Counted from the stretch's first letter, positions 38,799-49,939 are shown. The stretch is DNA of 64,000 nt from Clostridia bacterium (GCA_018433675.1 JAHDQS010000002.1:24884-88883); one strand, 5' to 3'. Notes: generated by a model not told the origin, from the letters alone. Translations and numbers: made by a program.

Positions 38799-40238
38799 GT
38801 GATTGCTTTGAGAAAACTCATAACGGGTATTTTTCTCTTGTCTCTTATCTTTTGTTTTTCTACTGAAGCCCTTGCCAATTCCGGGCCTGTTTTTTGGCAG
38901 GGCTACCCATCTTCGGAAATGATGGCAGTAGATAAGAATTCTCCGATTGTAGTGAAAAATGAAGACCTTGTTTTTGATTTTTCCGGTCACGAGGAAGGCT
39001 CTCATTATACAATCAGCGGGGAAGTTACAGCGACTTATGAAATGCTAAATCCAACAGACGAAAAGCAATCGGTGCAAATGGCCTTTCCCTATATCGAAGC
39101 ACTGGATAGCCTGTCTGGGGCAGATATTTCAATAACTGACGGCGGTACCCTGCTGCCTTATGATATCTATATTGGGGATGCGGTGCAAAGAAAGGAAGTT
39201 TTTGGACAAAATGCCCAGGATCCGAGTCTTGCCTTTGCCGATATCATAGGCAGTCTTACTAATGATTTCTATGAGGCGAAAAGCTTTTCGGCCAATGAAA
39301 AGGGTAAGCTCTATGTAATCGAAGCGAGCCCGACTACAGAGCAGAGAATAAATCTTGCAGTTGATTTTGATCTTGACTTTGCAAGAACAAAAGTGATTAC
39401 AAAGGGATTTAACCGCTATGAACGTCATGATAAAAAAACCAAAATTGCCGCTTGGTGCTATGAAACGGAGACTCTAGAACTATTTGTTTTAGGTGAGGAT
39501 ATTGATTTTACCGTAAAAGCTTATACCGACGGCGAACTCAAAGAGGAAACCGAGGCCTGTGCTTATCATGTTTCCGAAAGAGAAGTAGAGTTAAAGGCTT
39601 ATTTGTCGGAGTATATTAAAAAGAATACCAGGGTAGCAGAAGACAGTTCGAGTTTTGCCACTCAATCATATAATCTGTATGCAAAGTATCTTGATGAGCA
39701 TTTTTCATATAACATGGGATATATTTCCGTGGAGGATTTATTAGCAGTGGAGAACAGGAAACGCGTCTTAGTTCTTTTATATACTGTTGAGTTTCCTCCC
39801 GAAAGTGAAAAAGAGATAAGTGTCGGTTACATGACGACCGGGACCATGGATATGACAAAGACGGCTAAACCCCAATACAAATTTGACTATATTTTGAATC
39901 CCGCCGATAACTGGGTGGATTTTCAAAACCTCAATATCGAAATCATAACCCCACAGACAGCTCCGTATATTATAGAAAACAGTATTGAACTAAATAAGGC
40001 AGGGCAGAATCTTTATTCTAAAACCTTAAGCGAGTTGCCCCAAAATGACCTTTTCTTTACTCTCTATGAGAAGGAAAAAATATCGGTTTGGGATATGGCT
40101 GCAGGAAAATTACAGAACAGTTTTGGATACATTACTATCCTGCTGGCAATTGCGGCAGTATTACTGGTCGCTGCATTAATTGTGGTCATGATCGTCACGG
40201 TTGTATCCCGGTTGGCGAGCAGGCACCGCAGACCATAA
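38799..40238 (+). CDS. Hypothetical exported protein with C-terminal membrane anchor
   Basis: Signal peptide ending ALA-NSGP; C-terminal TM helix plus basic tail; GTG after GAGAG. Confidence 0.8.
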   Translation: MIALRKLITGIFLLSLIFCFSTEALANSGPVFWQGYPSSEMMAVDKNSPIVVKNEDLVFDFSGHEEGSHYTISGEVTATYEMLNPTDEKQSVQMAFPYIEALDSLSGADISITDGGTLLPYDIYIGDAVQRKEVFGQNAQDPSLAFADIIGSLTNDFYEAKSFSANEKGKLYVIEASPTTEQRINLAVDFDLDFARTKVITKGFNRYERHDKKTKIAAWCYETETLELFVLGEDIDFTVKAYTDGELKEETEACAYHVSEREVELKAYLSEYIKKNTRVAEDSSSFATQSYNLYAKYLDEHFSYNMGYISVEDLLAVENRKRVLVLLYTVEFPPESEKEISVGYMTTGTMDMTKTAKPQYKFDYILNPADNWVDFQNLNIEIITPQTAPYIIENSIELNKAGQNLYSKTLSELPQNDLFFTLYEKEKISVWDMAAGKLQNSFGYITILLAIAAVLLVAALIVVMIVTVVSRLASRHRRP

Positions 40239-40244
40239 AGGACG

Positions 40245-40290
40245 AAAAAAAACCTTCAGATGGAGTAAAATTCATCTGGAGGTTTTTTCA
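40245..40290. terminator. Rho-independent terminator (bidirectional)
   Basis: A8-CCTTCAGATGG...TTCATCTGGAGG-T6. Confidence 0.8.
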
Positions 40291-40369
40291 TATTTTCAGA
40301 AAGGATAAGTGCAACATCTGAGTAACCTTTTTCGCTTATTTTAATAATTTAATAAGCGAAGGGAGGTCG

Positions 40370-41359
40370 TTGATGATAATGCATCAGGTATTGGATTGCA
40401 TCGATGCCGGCACGGAATATTGCCCTTGTTTCCTGGCAGAAACCGGCGATTGCATCATGTGTTCGCAATTGCAGGGAAGGGAGTTTTGTGATTGTCAAAA
40501 CTGGAAAGGTGTCTGTATTTACCAGGAATATGTTTGGAACGGGTCAAAAATAAAGGAACAAAGAAAAGATCATTTATGCAGGATAATATCCAAACGACAA
40601 ATCACTGAGGGCGTGGTGCTTTGCAGGATAAAGGTTAGTACGACCTTGGCCAGGGAATTGAACCAGCCCGGGGCATATGTTTTTTTAAGAAACGTGAATG
40701 AACCGGGTTACTTTGATACTCCCATGTCTGTGATGGCTGCTGATGGTAGAGAAGGCACAATCGATATTGTGATACACACAAAAGGGACAAAAACGAAAGC
40801 ATTAGTCTTTAATAGCGGAGAGTTCTATTTGCGGGGCCCTTACTGGAATGGAATACTGGGTCTTAAGTATATTAAAGGATTGCGGAATAGTAGGGTGTTG
40901 CTGATTGCCAGGGGTGTAGGACAAAGCCCCGTTGTTAATGTGGCCAGAAAGCTGCTTGCAGCCGGGAATGAAGCGATAATAATTCTTGATAAGGGAAGAT
41001 TAGGTATCAATATTGCGGAGGAGTATTTACGGGAGATGCCCTGCGAGATTGTAAACAAGCAGGTGCTGGATTTAAATAGTCTGGAAATACCAAAGGATAC
41101 GGTGGAATATATCCAAGAGGTTGCTGCAAAAAGGCAAATTAGCTTGATTTACAGTGGGGGCACAGAAAAGCTTCATGAGGGTATCGTTAAAATAATAGAT
41201 TCTTTGGAAGGGAACATCATGTTTGCTTGCTCAAATAATGCTAAGTTTTGTTGCGGAGAAGGAATATGCGGCAGCTGCCAGATTCGACTGCAAGACGGCA
41301 GTAGAATAAGAACCTGTAAAACACAGATAAATCCACGGGAGATATTCAGAGGGAGGTAG
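40370..41359 (+). CDS. PyrK/sulfide dehydrogenase-like FAD/NAD-binding Fe-S protein
   Basis: Cys-rich N-terminus (CIDAGTEYCPC..C..C..C.C..W.G.C), RGPYWNG, RGVGQSP, CCGEGICGSC...C. Confidence 0.8.
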   Translation: MMIMHQVLDCIDAGTEYCPCFLAETGDCIMCSQLQGREFCDCQNWKGVCIYQEYVWNGSKIKEQRKDHLCRIISKRQITEGVVLCRIKVSTTLARELNQPGAYVFLRNVNEPGYFDTPMSVMAADGREGTIDIVIHTKGTKTKALVFNSGEFYLRGPYWNGILGLKYIKGLRNSRVLLIARGVGQSPVVNVARKLLAAGNEAIIILDKGRLGINIAEEYLREMPCEIVNKQVLDLNSLEIPKDTVEYIQEVAAKRQISLIYSGGTEKLHEGIVKIIDSLEGNIMFACSNNAKFCCGEGICGSCQIRLQDGSRIRTCKTQINPREIFRGR

Positions 41360-41366
41360 TTTTGTC

Positions 41367-42647
41367 ATGGCCAAGGTAGTAATAATTGGCGGGGGATGGT
41401 CGGGTTGCGCGGCCGCTATTTCAGCTAAAAAAGCCGGTGCCGATGTGACGGTTCTGGAAAAGACCGACCTGCTTTTAGGCCTGGGTAATGTCGGAGGAAT
41501 TATGAGGAATAACGGTAGGTATACGGCTGCCGAAGAAATTTGTTTTTTGGGCGCCCGGGAATTGATCGATATCACGGATCAGGTGGCCCGGCATAAAAAC
41601 ATAGATTTTCCCGGGCATCAGCACGCCAGTCTTTATGACGTGATAAAGGTCGAGCCAATTGTTCGCAAGAAGTTGAGGGAAATGGGAATCAATATATTGT
41701 TTGAAACAAGAGCTATTGATGTAAAGATGACCTGTGCAGAGATTACAGGTGTTTTGACAGCCAAAGAGGAATGGATTGAGGGCGATGTATTCATCGAGAC
41801 AACGGGTTCCACAGGTCCGATGGGGAACTGCCTGCGCTATGGAAATGGTTGTTCGATGTGTATTCTGCGTTGCCCGGCCTTTGGACCTCGTGTCAGCATT
41901 AGTCAAAGGGCCGGGGTAGAGGACATCTTAGGACAAAGAGGGGACGATTCTTACGGAGCAATGAGCGGTTCATGCAAATTAAGTAAAGAATCTTTGAGCA
42001 AGGAGCTGGTTGATAAGCTCAATGAAAAAGGGGTCTTGGTGTTGCCGGTTCTGCCTGAGGATATCAATATGGGGAAGTTGGAGTTAAAAGTGTGTCAACA
42101 ATATGCTTTGAAGGAATATGCGGAGAATCTGGTTCTTTTAGATACGGGATATGCCAAACTGATGACTTCGTTTTACCCCTTGGAGAAGCTAAGGAGAATA
42201 CCGGGGTTGGAATATGCGCGCTATGACGATCCATATGCGGGAGGAAAAGGCAACTCTATACGTTATCTCTCCATGGCACCTCGGAGCAATACGTTGAAGG
42301 TCAAGGGGCTTTCTAACTTGCTGTGTGCAGGGGAAAAATCCGGGCTTTTTGTAGGCCATACAGAGGCTATAGCCACAGGTAGTTTAGCCGGACATAACAG
42401 TGTCAGACTCTATCTAGGAATGCCTCTCCTTGAATTGCCGCGGTCTATAGCCGTAGGCGACATTATTGCCTATACAAATGAAATGACAAGGGATCCGGAA
42501 GGAATAAAAAATAGGTATACTTTTTCCGGAGGAAAATATTTTGCCCGTATGAAAGAAAAAAGCTTGTATACTATAAACATTGAGCTAATAAAAAAACGGA
42601 TCGACAGGATGGGAATGCTGAACATTTATGACGAAAAGTTGATATGA
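41367..42647 (+). CDS. GidA-related FAD-dependent oxidoreductase
   Basis: GGGWSGCAAA, CLRYGNGCSMCILRC, AGEKSG..VGHTEA. Confidence 0.8.
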   Translation: MAKVVIIGGGWSGCAAAISAKKAGADVTVLEKTDLLLGLGNVGGIMRNNGRYTAAEEICFLGARELIDITDQVARHKNIDFPGHQHASLYDVIKVEPIVRKKLREMGINILFETRAIDVKMTCAEITGVLTAKEEWIEGDVFIETTGSTGPMGNCLRYGNGCSMCILRCPAFGPRVSISQRAGVEDILGQRGDDSYGAMSGSCKLSKESLSKELVDKLNEKGVLVLPVLPEDINMGKLELKVCQQYALKEYAENLVLLDTGYAKLMTSFYPLEKLRRIPGLEYARYDDPYAGGKGNSIRYLSMAPRSNTLKVKGLSNLLCAGEKSGLFVGHTEAIATGSLAGHNSVRLYLGMPLLELPRSIAVGDIIAYTNEMTRDPEGIKNRYTFSGGKYFARMKEKSLYTINIELIKKRIDRMGMLNIYDEKLI

Positions 42648-42718
42648 AATAATAGCAGGTAATAGCAGGGACAGAGGATGACAATAATAATTTCAGCCGG
42701 GTTTTCAGGAAATAGGGG

Positions 42719-42937
42719 GTGAGAAGCAGAGTGAAGGGTAAAAAAAAGAAGGTAAAAAGCGAAAAGACCCTGACGGAACAAGAGCTATTAAAATATGAAA
42801 TCGCCAAAGAATTAGGCTTGTGGGAGAAGATACAAAAGCATGGCTGGGGAGAGTTGACTGCGGAGGAATCCGGAAGGATCGGAGGGATAATGGCCAGGAG
42901 AAATAAGAATACTGTTCTACTACACGATGACCGATAA
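42719..42937 (+). CDS. Small acid-soluble spore protein (alpha/beta, SspF-like)
   Basis: KYEIAKELGL...GWG.LTA.E.GRIGG. Confidence 0.85.
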   Translation: MRSRVKGKKKKVKSEKTLTEQELLKYEIAKELGLWEKIQKHGWGELTAEESGRIGGIMARRNKNTVLLHDDR

Positions 42938-43029
42938 AAAGAATATTGTAACAGGACGGACGATTTGATATACTGTTCTTGATAGTTGAAATTGAGTAAC
43001 AGGAAAAAGAGACGAGAGGTACTGGTGAA

Positions 43030-44340
43030 ATGGGAACCGACCTGACAAAGCATGAACAGATAATAAGGCATATTAAATCGTTGAATGTTAATACTAAGGT
43101 TTCTGTACGTCAAATTGCCAGGGAACTTGAGGTCAGTGAAGGTACTGCTTATCGTGCAATTAAAGGTGCCGAGTCCCAAGGGTTGGTAAGTTCGATTCCC
43201 AAAGTAGGGACAATTAGGATACAGTCAGAAGAGGAAAGAGAAATAGAAGATCTGACGCTACGGGAAATAGCCAGGATTGTTGACGGAGAGATATTGACCG
43301 GGGAGGATTGTTTGGATATTGTTCCTTCCCGTTTTGTTGTAGGCAGTAACAGCGTTGAAGTATTAAAAAAGTATTTGAGCGGTGATGCCCTTTTAATAGT
43401 CGGGGATATTTATGAATTGCAGATGCTGGCGGTTGAAAAGAACACCCATTTGTTTATTGCAGGGGCTTTTAAAATCTCTCAGGATGTCATTGATGCCGCC
43501 CAAAGAAGGGGATTAGTCATTATCTCCTCGCCTTATGATACTTTTGAAGCAGTTTCCGTACTCAGCCGTTCGCTCTATGAACGTTTGAAGGAAAAGGAAC
43601 TGCTGCTCGTGGAAGATATCATGGTGACCAATGTTCATTATCTAACAGCCGACGATACCGTGGAAGATTGGCATCGTTTGTCTCAGCAGACAGGGCACAG
43701 CCGTTTTCCTGTTGTAGACCAGAATATGACGGTGGTCGGTATCATAACGGCTGTGGATGTAGCAGGGATGGACAAGAATATCAGTGTTTTGTCGTTAATG
43801 ACGTCCGATGTGCTTAAAGTTGAGGCCAGGATGTTGGTTACGCATTTATCACGAGTTTTATTATGGGAGGGCTTTGAACTCGTACCGATAGTAAAAAAAG
43901 GACGTTTGATCGGCGTGGTGAGCCGTCAGGATATCTTGCAGGCTTTTCAACAAATGCAAAAACAGCCTCATGTGGGAGAAACTGTTGATAACCTGGTAAT
44001 GAGCGGTTTTAAGCTGGAAAAGTGGGAGGAAGGAACCCGCTTGACGGGTGAGATAACTCAATTTATGATAAATGAATACGGCTCGGCGAGTCCGGGCGTG
44101 ATAGCTATGATTTTAACAACGACAGCATATATTGCGGTAAGAAAGCAATTAAAGATGGATACCTTCGTAAATGAAATGACTATGTATCATATGGAACCGT
44201 TGGAAGTAGGCGGTAAAGTGGATGCCTATGCAAGAATAATCAATTATGAGAAGAAGTCGTGCGTGGTGGACTTGAACGTATATTGTAACAGCAAGTTAAA
44301 GGTTAAGGGACTTTTGAGCTTGAGATTTGTTAAGAAATAG
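43030..44340 (+). CDS. YtoI/SpxR-like protein (HTH-DRTGG-CBS-hotdog)
   Basis: TKHEQI...SVRQIA..L.VSEGTAYRAIK, DRTGG-like region, CBS pair (GHSRFPV). Confidence 0.88.
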   Translation: MGTDLTKHEQIIRHIKSLNVNTKVSVRQIARELEVSEGTAYRAIKGAESQGLVSSIPKVGTIRIQSEEEREIEDLTLREIARIVDGEILTGEDCLDIVPSRFVVGSNSVEVLKKYLSGDALLIVGDIYELQMLAVEKNTHLFIAGAFKISQDVIDAAQRRGLVIISSPYDTFEAVSVLSRSLYERLKEKELLLVEDIMVTNVHYLTADDTVEDWHRLSQQTGHSRFPVVDQNMTVVGIITAVDVAGMDKNISVLSLMTSDVLKVEARMLVTHLSRVLLWEGFELVPIVKKGRLIGVVSRQDILQAFQQMQKQPHVGETVDNLVMSGFKLEKWEEGTRLTGEITQFMINEYGSASPGVIAMILTTTAYIAVRKQLKMDTFVNEMTMYHMEPLEVGGKVDAYARIINYEKKSCVVDLNVYCNSKLKVKGLLSLRFVKK

Positions 44341-44537
44341 CCGCACATATGGTGTGTTTTATTTATAGGCCTTAACAGGCCTCCTTTTTTTTGCAGTTAT
44401 ACTTATGTTGGTGCCTGCATAAAGCATATTTTAAAGATTCAGATTAAAAAATAAAAAAATAAAGAAAATAATTTATCTATGGGAAAAATATTGTGGTAAA
44501 ATAAACGAAGCAATTAAAATATAAAAATTTAGGACCA

Positions 44538-46286
44538 ATGTCCGAAGGAGGAGGGAAAAAGGTGTTAGGCAGAATGAGGACAACAACCAAGATATGGGCA
44601 TTTTCAATAATCGTCATTATTATAGTTTGTTCACTGGGTTATTTTGCTTATACCCTAAATGAAAGAGCGAATGAGCGGGTAACCTTTATGTATGAAGAAT
44701 GTCTTAAGCCGATAGAGCTGATTAACGATATGCGAGCTCAGGAGGCAGGAAACGAGGCGAATCTGTCACAGGTTGTTATGCATGCCCTGCAGGGCAACCA
44801 GGCCTCGCAGAGGGGTGCATCAACAGATATTGAGGAACGTAATAATATAACACAAGAAGATATCAATAAATTGGAGGAGATGAACCTCAGTCTAGACCAG
44901 TTGACGGTTCTGGGTTCAGTAAAGAGTTCCCGGTCAAATATTATTGAACGGCGCAATAAGGTAGTTGCTTTGGCCAAAGATCTTAAAGCCAACGAAGCAT
45001 ATCAAGAGTATATACAAGTGAGGGCTATGATGGATGGATACCATAGCAATCTTAATTATTTAGCCGGAATAATCAGTAAGGAAGTTGAGGAAATCAATCA
45101 AAAAAACGAGGCAGAAGCAGCCAGTGCGATGCTTTTACTGGCGGTTATAATAGGTACGGCAATATTACTTACTTTATTAATGTCCATCATGATCATTAGA
45201 GCAATTGTTGACCCTCTGAAGGGATGCACGAAACAGTTGGGGTTAATTGCTGCGGGCGACTATAGAACGCATATGAAGGATAAGTATTTAAAAAGAAAAG
45301 ATGAAATGGGTGAGATCGCACGTTCTGTTGACGATGTGCAGCAGTCGGTCAAAAACATTTTGGTTAGGGTCGCAGACGTTGCCGGTGAGTTGAGTGCGAG
45401 CAGCGAACAATTAAATGATACTACTCAGAGAGTTGCTGTGAATATGCGAGGTGTTTCGCTTTCAACTGACGAAATATCCTCCGGTATTGAGGAGGTTTCA
45501 GCCTCGTCTGAAGAAATATCAGCTTCCAGTGAAGAGATGAATGCCTCAGTGAGTAGCTTGAATGAAAAACTGTTGGAAACGAGCGAAAATGCTAAGAAGG
45601 TTGAAGAAAAAGCGGTGAGGATACATAAAGAAATAGTTCAAGCACAGCAGAACAGCCAAGAAGTGGCTAGTACACTTGATGCCAAGATGAAAGAAGCCAT
45701 CAAGAAAGCAGAAATCGTTAAAGAGATTTCTGAAATGGCCGATTTGATTTCAGGTGTTGCCGAGCAGACGAATCTACTGGCTTTAAACGCAGCTATTGAA
45801 GCGGCTAGAGCGGGCGAACACGGACGTGGTTTTGCTGTTGTTGCCGAGGAGGTACGAACCCTTGCGGAAGAATCATCCAATACGGTGGAGAAAATTAAGG
45901 ATCTAACGTCACAAGTACAGGCGACGATTTCCGTGCTGGTAGAAGATGTGCAAAAAATGCTCGAATTTATGAGCACAGAGGTAGAGAAAGATTATCGAGG
46001 ATATCTTGAATTGGCGGACAGGTACAAGAAGGATGCCAATAACTATTATGAAACTACTTATGGGGCATCACAGATGGTAAATGAAGTATTGAATGCGGTC
46101 ACAGAGGTAAGCAGCGCTATTGCGGAAATCACAGCGAGCATCAGCCAAAGTGCGGAGGGAATCCAGTTAATAGCCAAGGATGCTAAGGAAACAGATCAAA
46201 CTGTTGAAAATGTGAATCGGGCTTCTGAGAATTTGACAAGAATTGCCGTGGAACTGGTAGAGATAAAGCAAAAGTTTCAAATCTGA
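44538..46286 (+). CDS. Methyl-accepting chemotaxis protein (4HB-HAMP-MA)
   Basis: Two TM helices, HAMP (RKDEMG), QTNLLALNAAIEAARAGEHGRGFAVVAEEVR; true start may be GTG 44562. Confidence 0.95.
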   Translation: MSEGGGKKVLGRMRTTTKIWAFSIIVIIIVCSLGYFAYTLNERANERVTFMYEECLKPIELINDMRAQEAGNEANLSQVVMHALQGNQASQRGASTDIEERNNITQEDINKLEEMNLSLDQLTVLGSVKSSRSNIIERRNKVVALAKDLKANEAYQEYIQVRAMMDGYHSNLNYLAGIISKEVEEINQKNEAEAASAMLLLAVIIGTAILLTLLMSIMIIRAIVDPLKGCTKQLGLIAAGDYRTHMKDKYLKRKDEMGEIARSVDDVQQSVKNILVRVADVAGELSASSEQLNDTTQRVAVNMRGVSLSTDEISSGIEEVSASSEEISASSEEMNASVSSLNEKLLETSENAKKVEEKAVRIHKEIVQAQQNSQEVASTLDAKMKEAIKKAEIVKEISEMADLISGVAEQTNLLALNAAIEAARAGEHGRGFAVVAEEVRTLAEESSNTVEKIKDLTSQVQATISVLVEDVQKMLEFMSTEVEKDYRGYLELADRYKKDANNYYETTYGASQMVNEVLNAVTEVSSAIAEITASISQSAEGIQLIAKDAKETDQTVENVNRASENLTRIAVELVEIKQKFQI

Positions 46287-46297
46287 TTTGTTTTTTA

Positions 46298-46348
46298 GAC
46301 GAAAGAGGCGGAAGACTGCCGGTAGGGCGGTCTTCCGCCTCTTTCGTT
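46298..46348. terminator. Long hairpin terminator after MCP
   Basis: GACGAAAGAGGCGGAAGACTGCC / GGCGGTCTTCCGCCTCTTTCGTT. Confidence 0.75.
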
Positions 46349-46414
46349 GCCGTAATTGCTATAAATCTGGTACAATTAAAGGTGAGTAAGATTGTAAGGA
46401 TTGAGGGATAAGCG

Positions 46415-49400
46415 ATGGGGTTTGTTCATTTGCATGTACATACTTGTTATAGTCTGTTGGATGGGGCTGTTAAGATACCTGATTTAATCAGGCAAACGAA
46501 AGAGTTGGGGATGGAGGCCGTTGCTATTACCGACCACGGTGCAATGTACGGCGTTGTGGAGTTTTATAAAGAAGCAAAAAAGGCGGGAGTAAAGCCGATA
46601 ATTGGCTGCGAGGTGTACGTTGCCCCCCGTTCGCTGCGGGATAAGGCAGCGGGAAAGGATGATTCACCGTACCATTTGGTTCTGCTGGCAGAAAACGAAG
46701 AAGGTTATCGTAACCTTCTTAAGATCGTGTCGGTTTCTTGGTTGGAAGGATTTTATTACAAACCCCGAGTCGATAGGGATCTTTTAAGAAAATACAGTAC
46801 AGGATTGATTGCGCTTTCTGCCTGTCTGGCCGGAGAAATACCGACTTTGCTGTTGCAGGGAAAAGAGGATGAGGCATATCAGACAGCGCTCTTATATCGG
46901 GAAATGTTCGGAAGTGAAAACTTTTTCTTGGAGTTGCAGGACCACCACTTGGCAGAACAGCGGTTAGTCAACGCCAAATTACTTTCCCTGGCAGAAAAAA
47001 GCGGAATCCCCTTGGTTGCCAGCAATGATGTTCATTATTTGACGAAAAGCGATGCCTTTGTGCAGGATGTTATGCTTTGCATTCAGACCGGCAAGAATTT
47101 AAGGGATCAGGAGAGAATGAAGTTCGGCTCGGACGAGTTTTATTTAAAATCGGAACAGGAAATAAGGCTTCTTTTCGGCGATTATCCGGAGGCACTGGCC
47201 AATACGGAAAGAATCGCCGAACGATGTACTGTGGATTTTACCTTTGGAGAAAACCACCTGCCCTTTTACGAGGTGCCCGACGGTTTTACAGTCGACACTT
47301 ATCTTGAGGAACTATGCCGGATTGGACTGAAAAAGAGGTATTCTCAGTTTACGGCGACCCATGAGGAGAGGTTGAACTTTGAGCTTTCCGTTATCAAAAA
47401 AATGGACTACAGCAGTTATTTTCTTATTGTCTGGGACTTTATCAAATATGCCAAGCAACAAGGTATCTTTGTCGGGCCGGGTAGGGGTTCGGCCGCCGGC
47501 AGTCTCGTGTCCTATTGCCTGGAGATCACCGATATCGATCCTCTGAAATATGACCTTCTTTTTGAGAGGTTTTTAAATCCCGAAAGAGTCAGTATGCCGG
47601 ATATTGACATCGATTTTTGTTATGAGCGCAGAGGCGAAGTGATAGAGTATGTTGTGGGGAAATACGGTCATGATAGGGTTGCCCAAATCATAACTTTTGG
47701 TACGATGGCTGCACGTATAGCCATTCGTGATACCGGACGGGTAATGGGAGTGCCTCTTTCACTGGTGGACAAGGTTGCTAAGCTGGTGCCGGGAGAGCCG
47801 GGTATGACGATAAAAAGGGCCTTAGAAGTTTCTCCCGAATTGGTCGGAATGATGAACAATGATGAGACCGTCAAGGAACTTCTTTCAGTAGCCCAGGCTT
47901 TGGAAGGTATGCCCCGTCATGCGGGAACACATGCCGCAGGAGTGGTTATTTCCCAAAAACCGCTGGTAGAGTATTTGCCGTTGCAGAGAACATCGGAGGG
48001 TTTTGTTTCTACCCAATTTGCCAAGGAAGCCGTGGAAGAAATAGGACTTTTAAAAATGGACCTTTTGGGCTTACGAACCCTCACTGTCATAAATAACGCG
48101 GTAAGGCTTGTCGGAAACAGCAAGGGTGACACGATAGATTTAAGCGAAATACCTCTGGATGATGAAGATACTTACAAGTTGTTGTCTTTAGGCGATACCA
48201 TCGGTGTATTCCAATTAGAAAGTGTAGGTTTGAGAAGCATCCTGCGGGAATTGAAACTTCAGACCTTTGAGGATATAATTGCCCTGGTTGCCCTCTATCG
48301 TCCGGGACCCCTAGGCAGTGGTATGATAGAGGATTTTATCAAGCGCAGGCATGGTGAGGTAGCGATTTCTTATCTTCATCCTGTTTTGGAGCCAATCCTT
48401 AAACCCACTTACGGGGTAATCATTTACCAGGAACAGGTCATGCGAATTGCAAGTGAGCTGGCCGGTTTTACGCTGGGAGAGGCAGATCTTTTGCGCCGTG
48501 CCATGGGAAAAAAGAAGCCGGAGATAATATCCGGGCTACGTAAACAGTTTATTGAAGGGGCTGAAAAAAACGGGATCGAGGGAAATACTGCCGCTAAAAT
48601 ATTTGATCTGATGGAATATTTTGCGGGCTATGGTTTTAACAAGAGCCATTCCGCCGCTTATGCCCTTTTGGCTTATCAAACAGCTTATCTTAAGGCTCAT
48701 TACCCCGTTGAATTTATGGCAGCCTTATTGACAAGTGTGATAGAAACTAAGGACAAAGTTCCCTTTTACATTGAAGAGTGTCGGCAGAGGAAAATCAATA
48801 TCTTATCGCCCGACGTTAATGAGAGCGGAGAAAGCTTCTTAGTGAGCGGCAACAGTATTCGTTTTGGCTTGGCAGCTATCAAGCAGGTAGGTCACCAGGC
48901 GATCGAAGCAATTATTGCAGAGCGGGAAAAAGAAAAGTTTTCTTCCCTGCAGGATTTCTGTGCCAGGGTGGATTTGGGACAAGTCAACAGAAGGGTCATC
49001 GAAAACCTTATTAAGGCTGGGGCCTTTGAAGAGATACATGCCTCTCGAGCCCAGTTGTTGCAGGTGTCACATGCCTGTATTGAGCTGGGAATAGCCCGGC
49101 AGGAAAGAGAGAATTCCAAACAGCTTTCCTTGTTTGATTTGACGGGAAGTGGGGTAATAAATGATCCGCCAATACCTTTGCCTGATGTGCGAGAGTATAC
49201 GAAAAAGGAAATATTGCAAATGGAAAAGGAAACCTTGGGTCTCTACTTGAGTGGGCATCCCTTGGATGAATACAAGGAAGTCATCAGGGAATGTACCAGC
49301 CATACCGTGGAAGGGTTGTCTCAGGTCAATGATTCCGAGAAGGTTGCTCTGGCAGGTCTGGTCACAGCCTTAAAGCGCAGTGTGACAAAAAGAGGAGAAA

Positions 49401-49846
49401 CCATGGCATATTTCGTTTTAGAAGATTTGACCGGTAGTCTTGATGCTCTGGTGTTTCCTAAAACGCTGCCTCAATACAACAACTATCTGCAAAATGATTT
49501 ACCGGTAATTGTAACAGGCAGAGTAAACCGGCAGGAGGAAAAAGTCAAGCTGTTTGTGGAGAAAATGGGTATGCTGGAGGCAAAAGCAGTAAAGCATAAC
49601 AGAGAGACTCTTTATTTAAAAATGCCTTTGTATGAAGAAAATGAAACGTTAAACGGGCTTCAGAAAATATTGAACGAGCACCCCGGGGACACACCCTTGT
49701 ACCTTTTTTATCCCAGTGATAAAAAATTGATTGCCGGTGACCGAAAAAATTGGGTTACTATTACCCCGAAACTGCTGGAAGAGCTTGAAGAGTATCTAGG
49801 AAAGGAAGCAGTGAGTATTAGGAATGCAAAAAAACTGCTATTTTGA
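46415..49846 (+). CDS. dnaE: DNA polymerase III alpha subunit
   Basis: PHP domain HLHVHT/TDHG, GRGSAAGS, PDIDIDF, GYGFNKSH, OB fold. Confidence 0.98.
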   Translation: MGFVHLHVHTCYSLLDGAVKIPDLIRQTKELGMEAVAITDHGAMYGVVEFYKEAKKAGVKPIIGCEVYVAPRSLRDKAAGKDDSPYHLVLLAENEEGYRNLLKIVSVSWLEGFYYKPRVDRDLLRKYSTGLIALSACLAGEIPTLLLQGKEDEAYQTALLYREMFGSENFFLELQDHHLAEQRLVNAKLLSLAEKSGIPLVASNDVHYLTKSDAFVQDVMLCIQTGKNLRDQERMKFGSDEFYLKSEQEIRLLFGDYPEALANTERIAERCTVDFTFGENHLPFYEVPDGFTVDTYLEELCRIGLKKRYSQFTATHEERLNFELSVIKKMDYSSYFLIVWDFIKYAKQQGIFVGPGRGSAAGSLVSYCLEITDIDPLKYDLLFERFLNPERVSMPDIDIDFCYERRGEVIEYVVGKYGHDRVAQIITFGTMAARIAIRDTGRVMGVPLSLVDKVAKLVPGEPGMTIKRALEVSPELVGMMNNDETVKELLSVAQALEGMPRHAGTHAAGVVISQKPLVEYLPLQRTSEGFVSTQFAKEAVEEIGLLKMDLLGLRTLTVINNAVRLVGNSKGDTIDLSEIPLDDEDTYKLLSLGDTIGVFQLESVGLRSILRELKLQTFEDIIALVALYRPGPLGSGMIEDFIKRRHGEVAISYLHPVLEPILKPTYGVIIYQEQVMRIASELAGFTLGEADLLRRAMGKKKPEIISGLRKQFIEGAEKNGIEGNTAAKIFDLMEYFAGYGFNKSHSAAYALLAYQTAYLKAHYPVEFMAALLTSVIETKDKVPFYIEECRQRKINILSPDVNESGESFLVSGNSIRFGLAAIKQVGHQAIEAIIAEREKEKFSSLQDFCARVDLGQVNRRVIENLIKAGAFEEIHASRAQLLQVSHACIELGIARQERENSKQLSLFDLTGSGVINDPPIPLPDVREYTKKEILQMEKETLGLYLSGHPLDEYKEVIRECTSHTVEGLSQVNDSEKVALAGLVTALKRSVTKRGETMAYFVLEDLTGSLDALVFPKTLPQYNNYLQNDLPVIVTGRVNRQEEKVKLFVEKMGMLEAKAVKHNRETLYLKMPLYEENETLNGLQKILNEHPGDTPLYLFYPSDKKLIAGDRKNWVTITPKLLEELEEYLGKEAVSIRNAKKLLF

Positions 49847-49939
49847 TAATTAGGTAGTTTTTTCAGCGAGAAGGAGGATTATACGGCAATGGTCGCGAAA
49901 TAGCTGAGGGAAGGAAAGGAGATTATTTGGAGGGGATAA

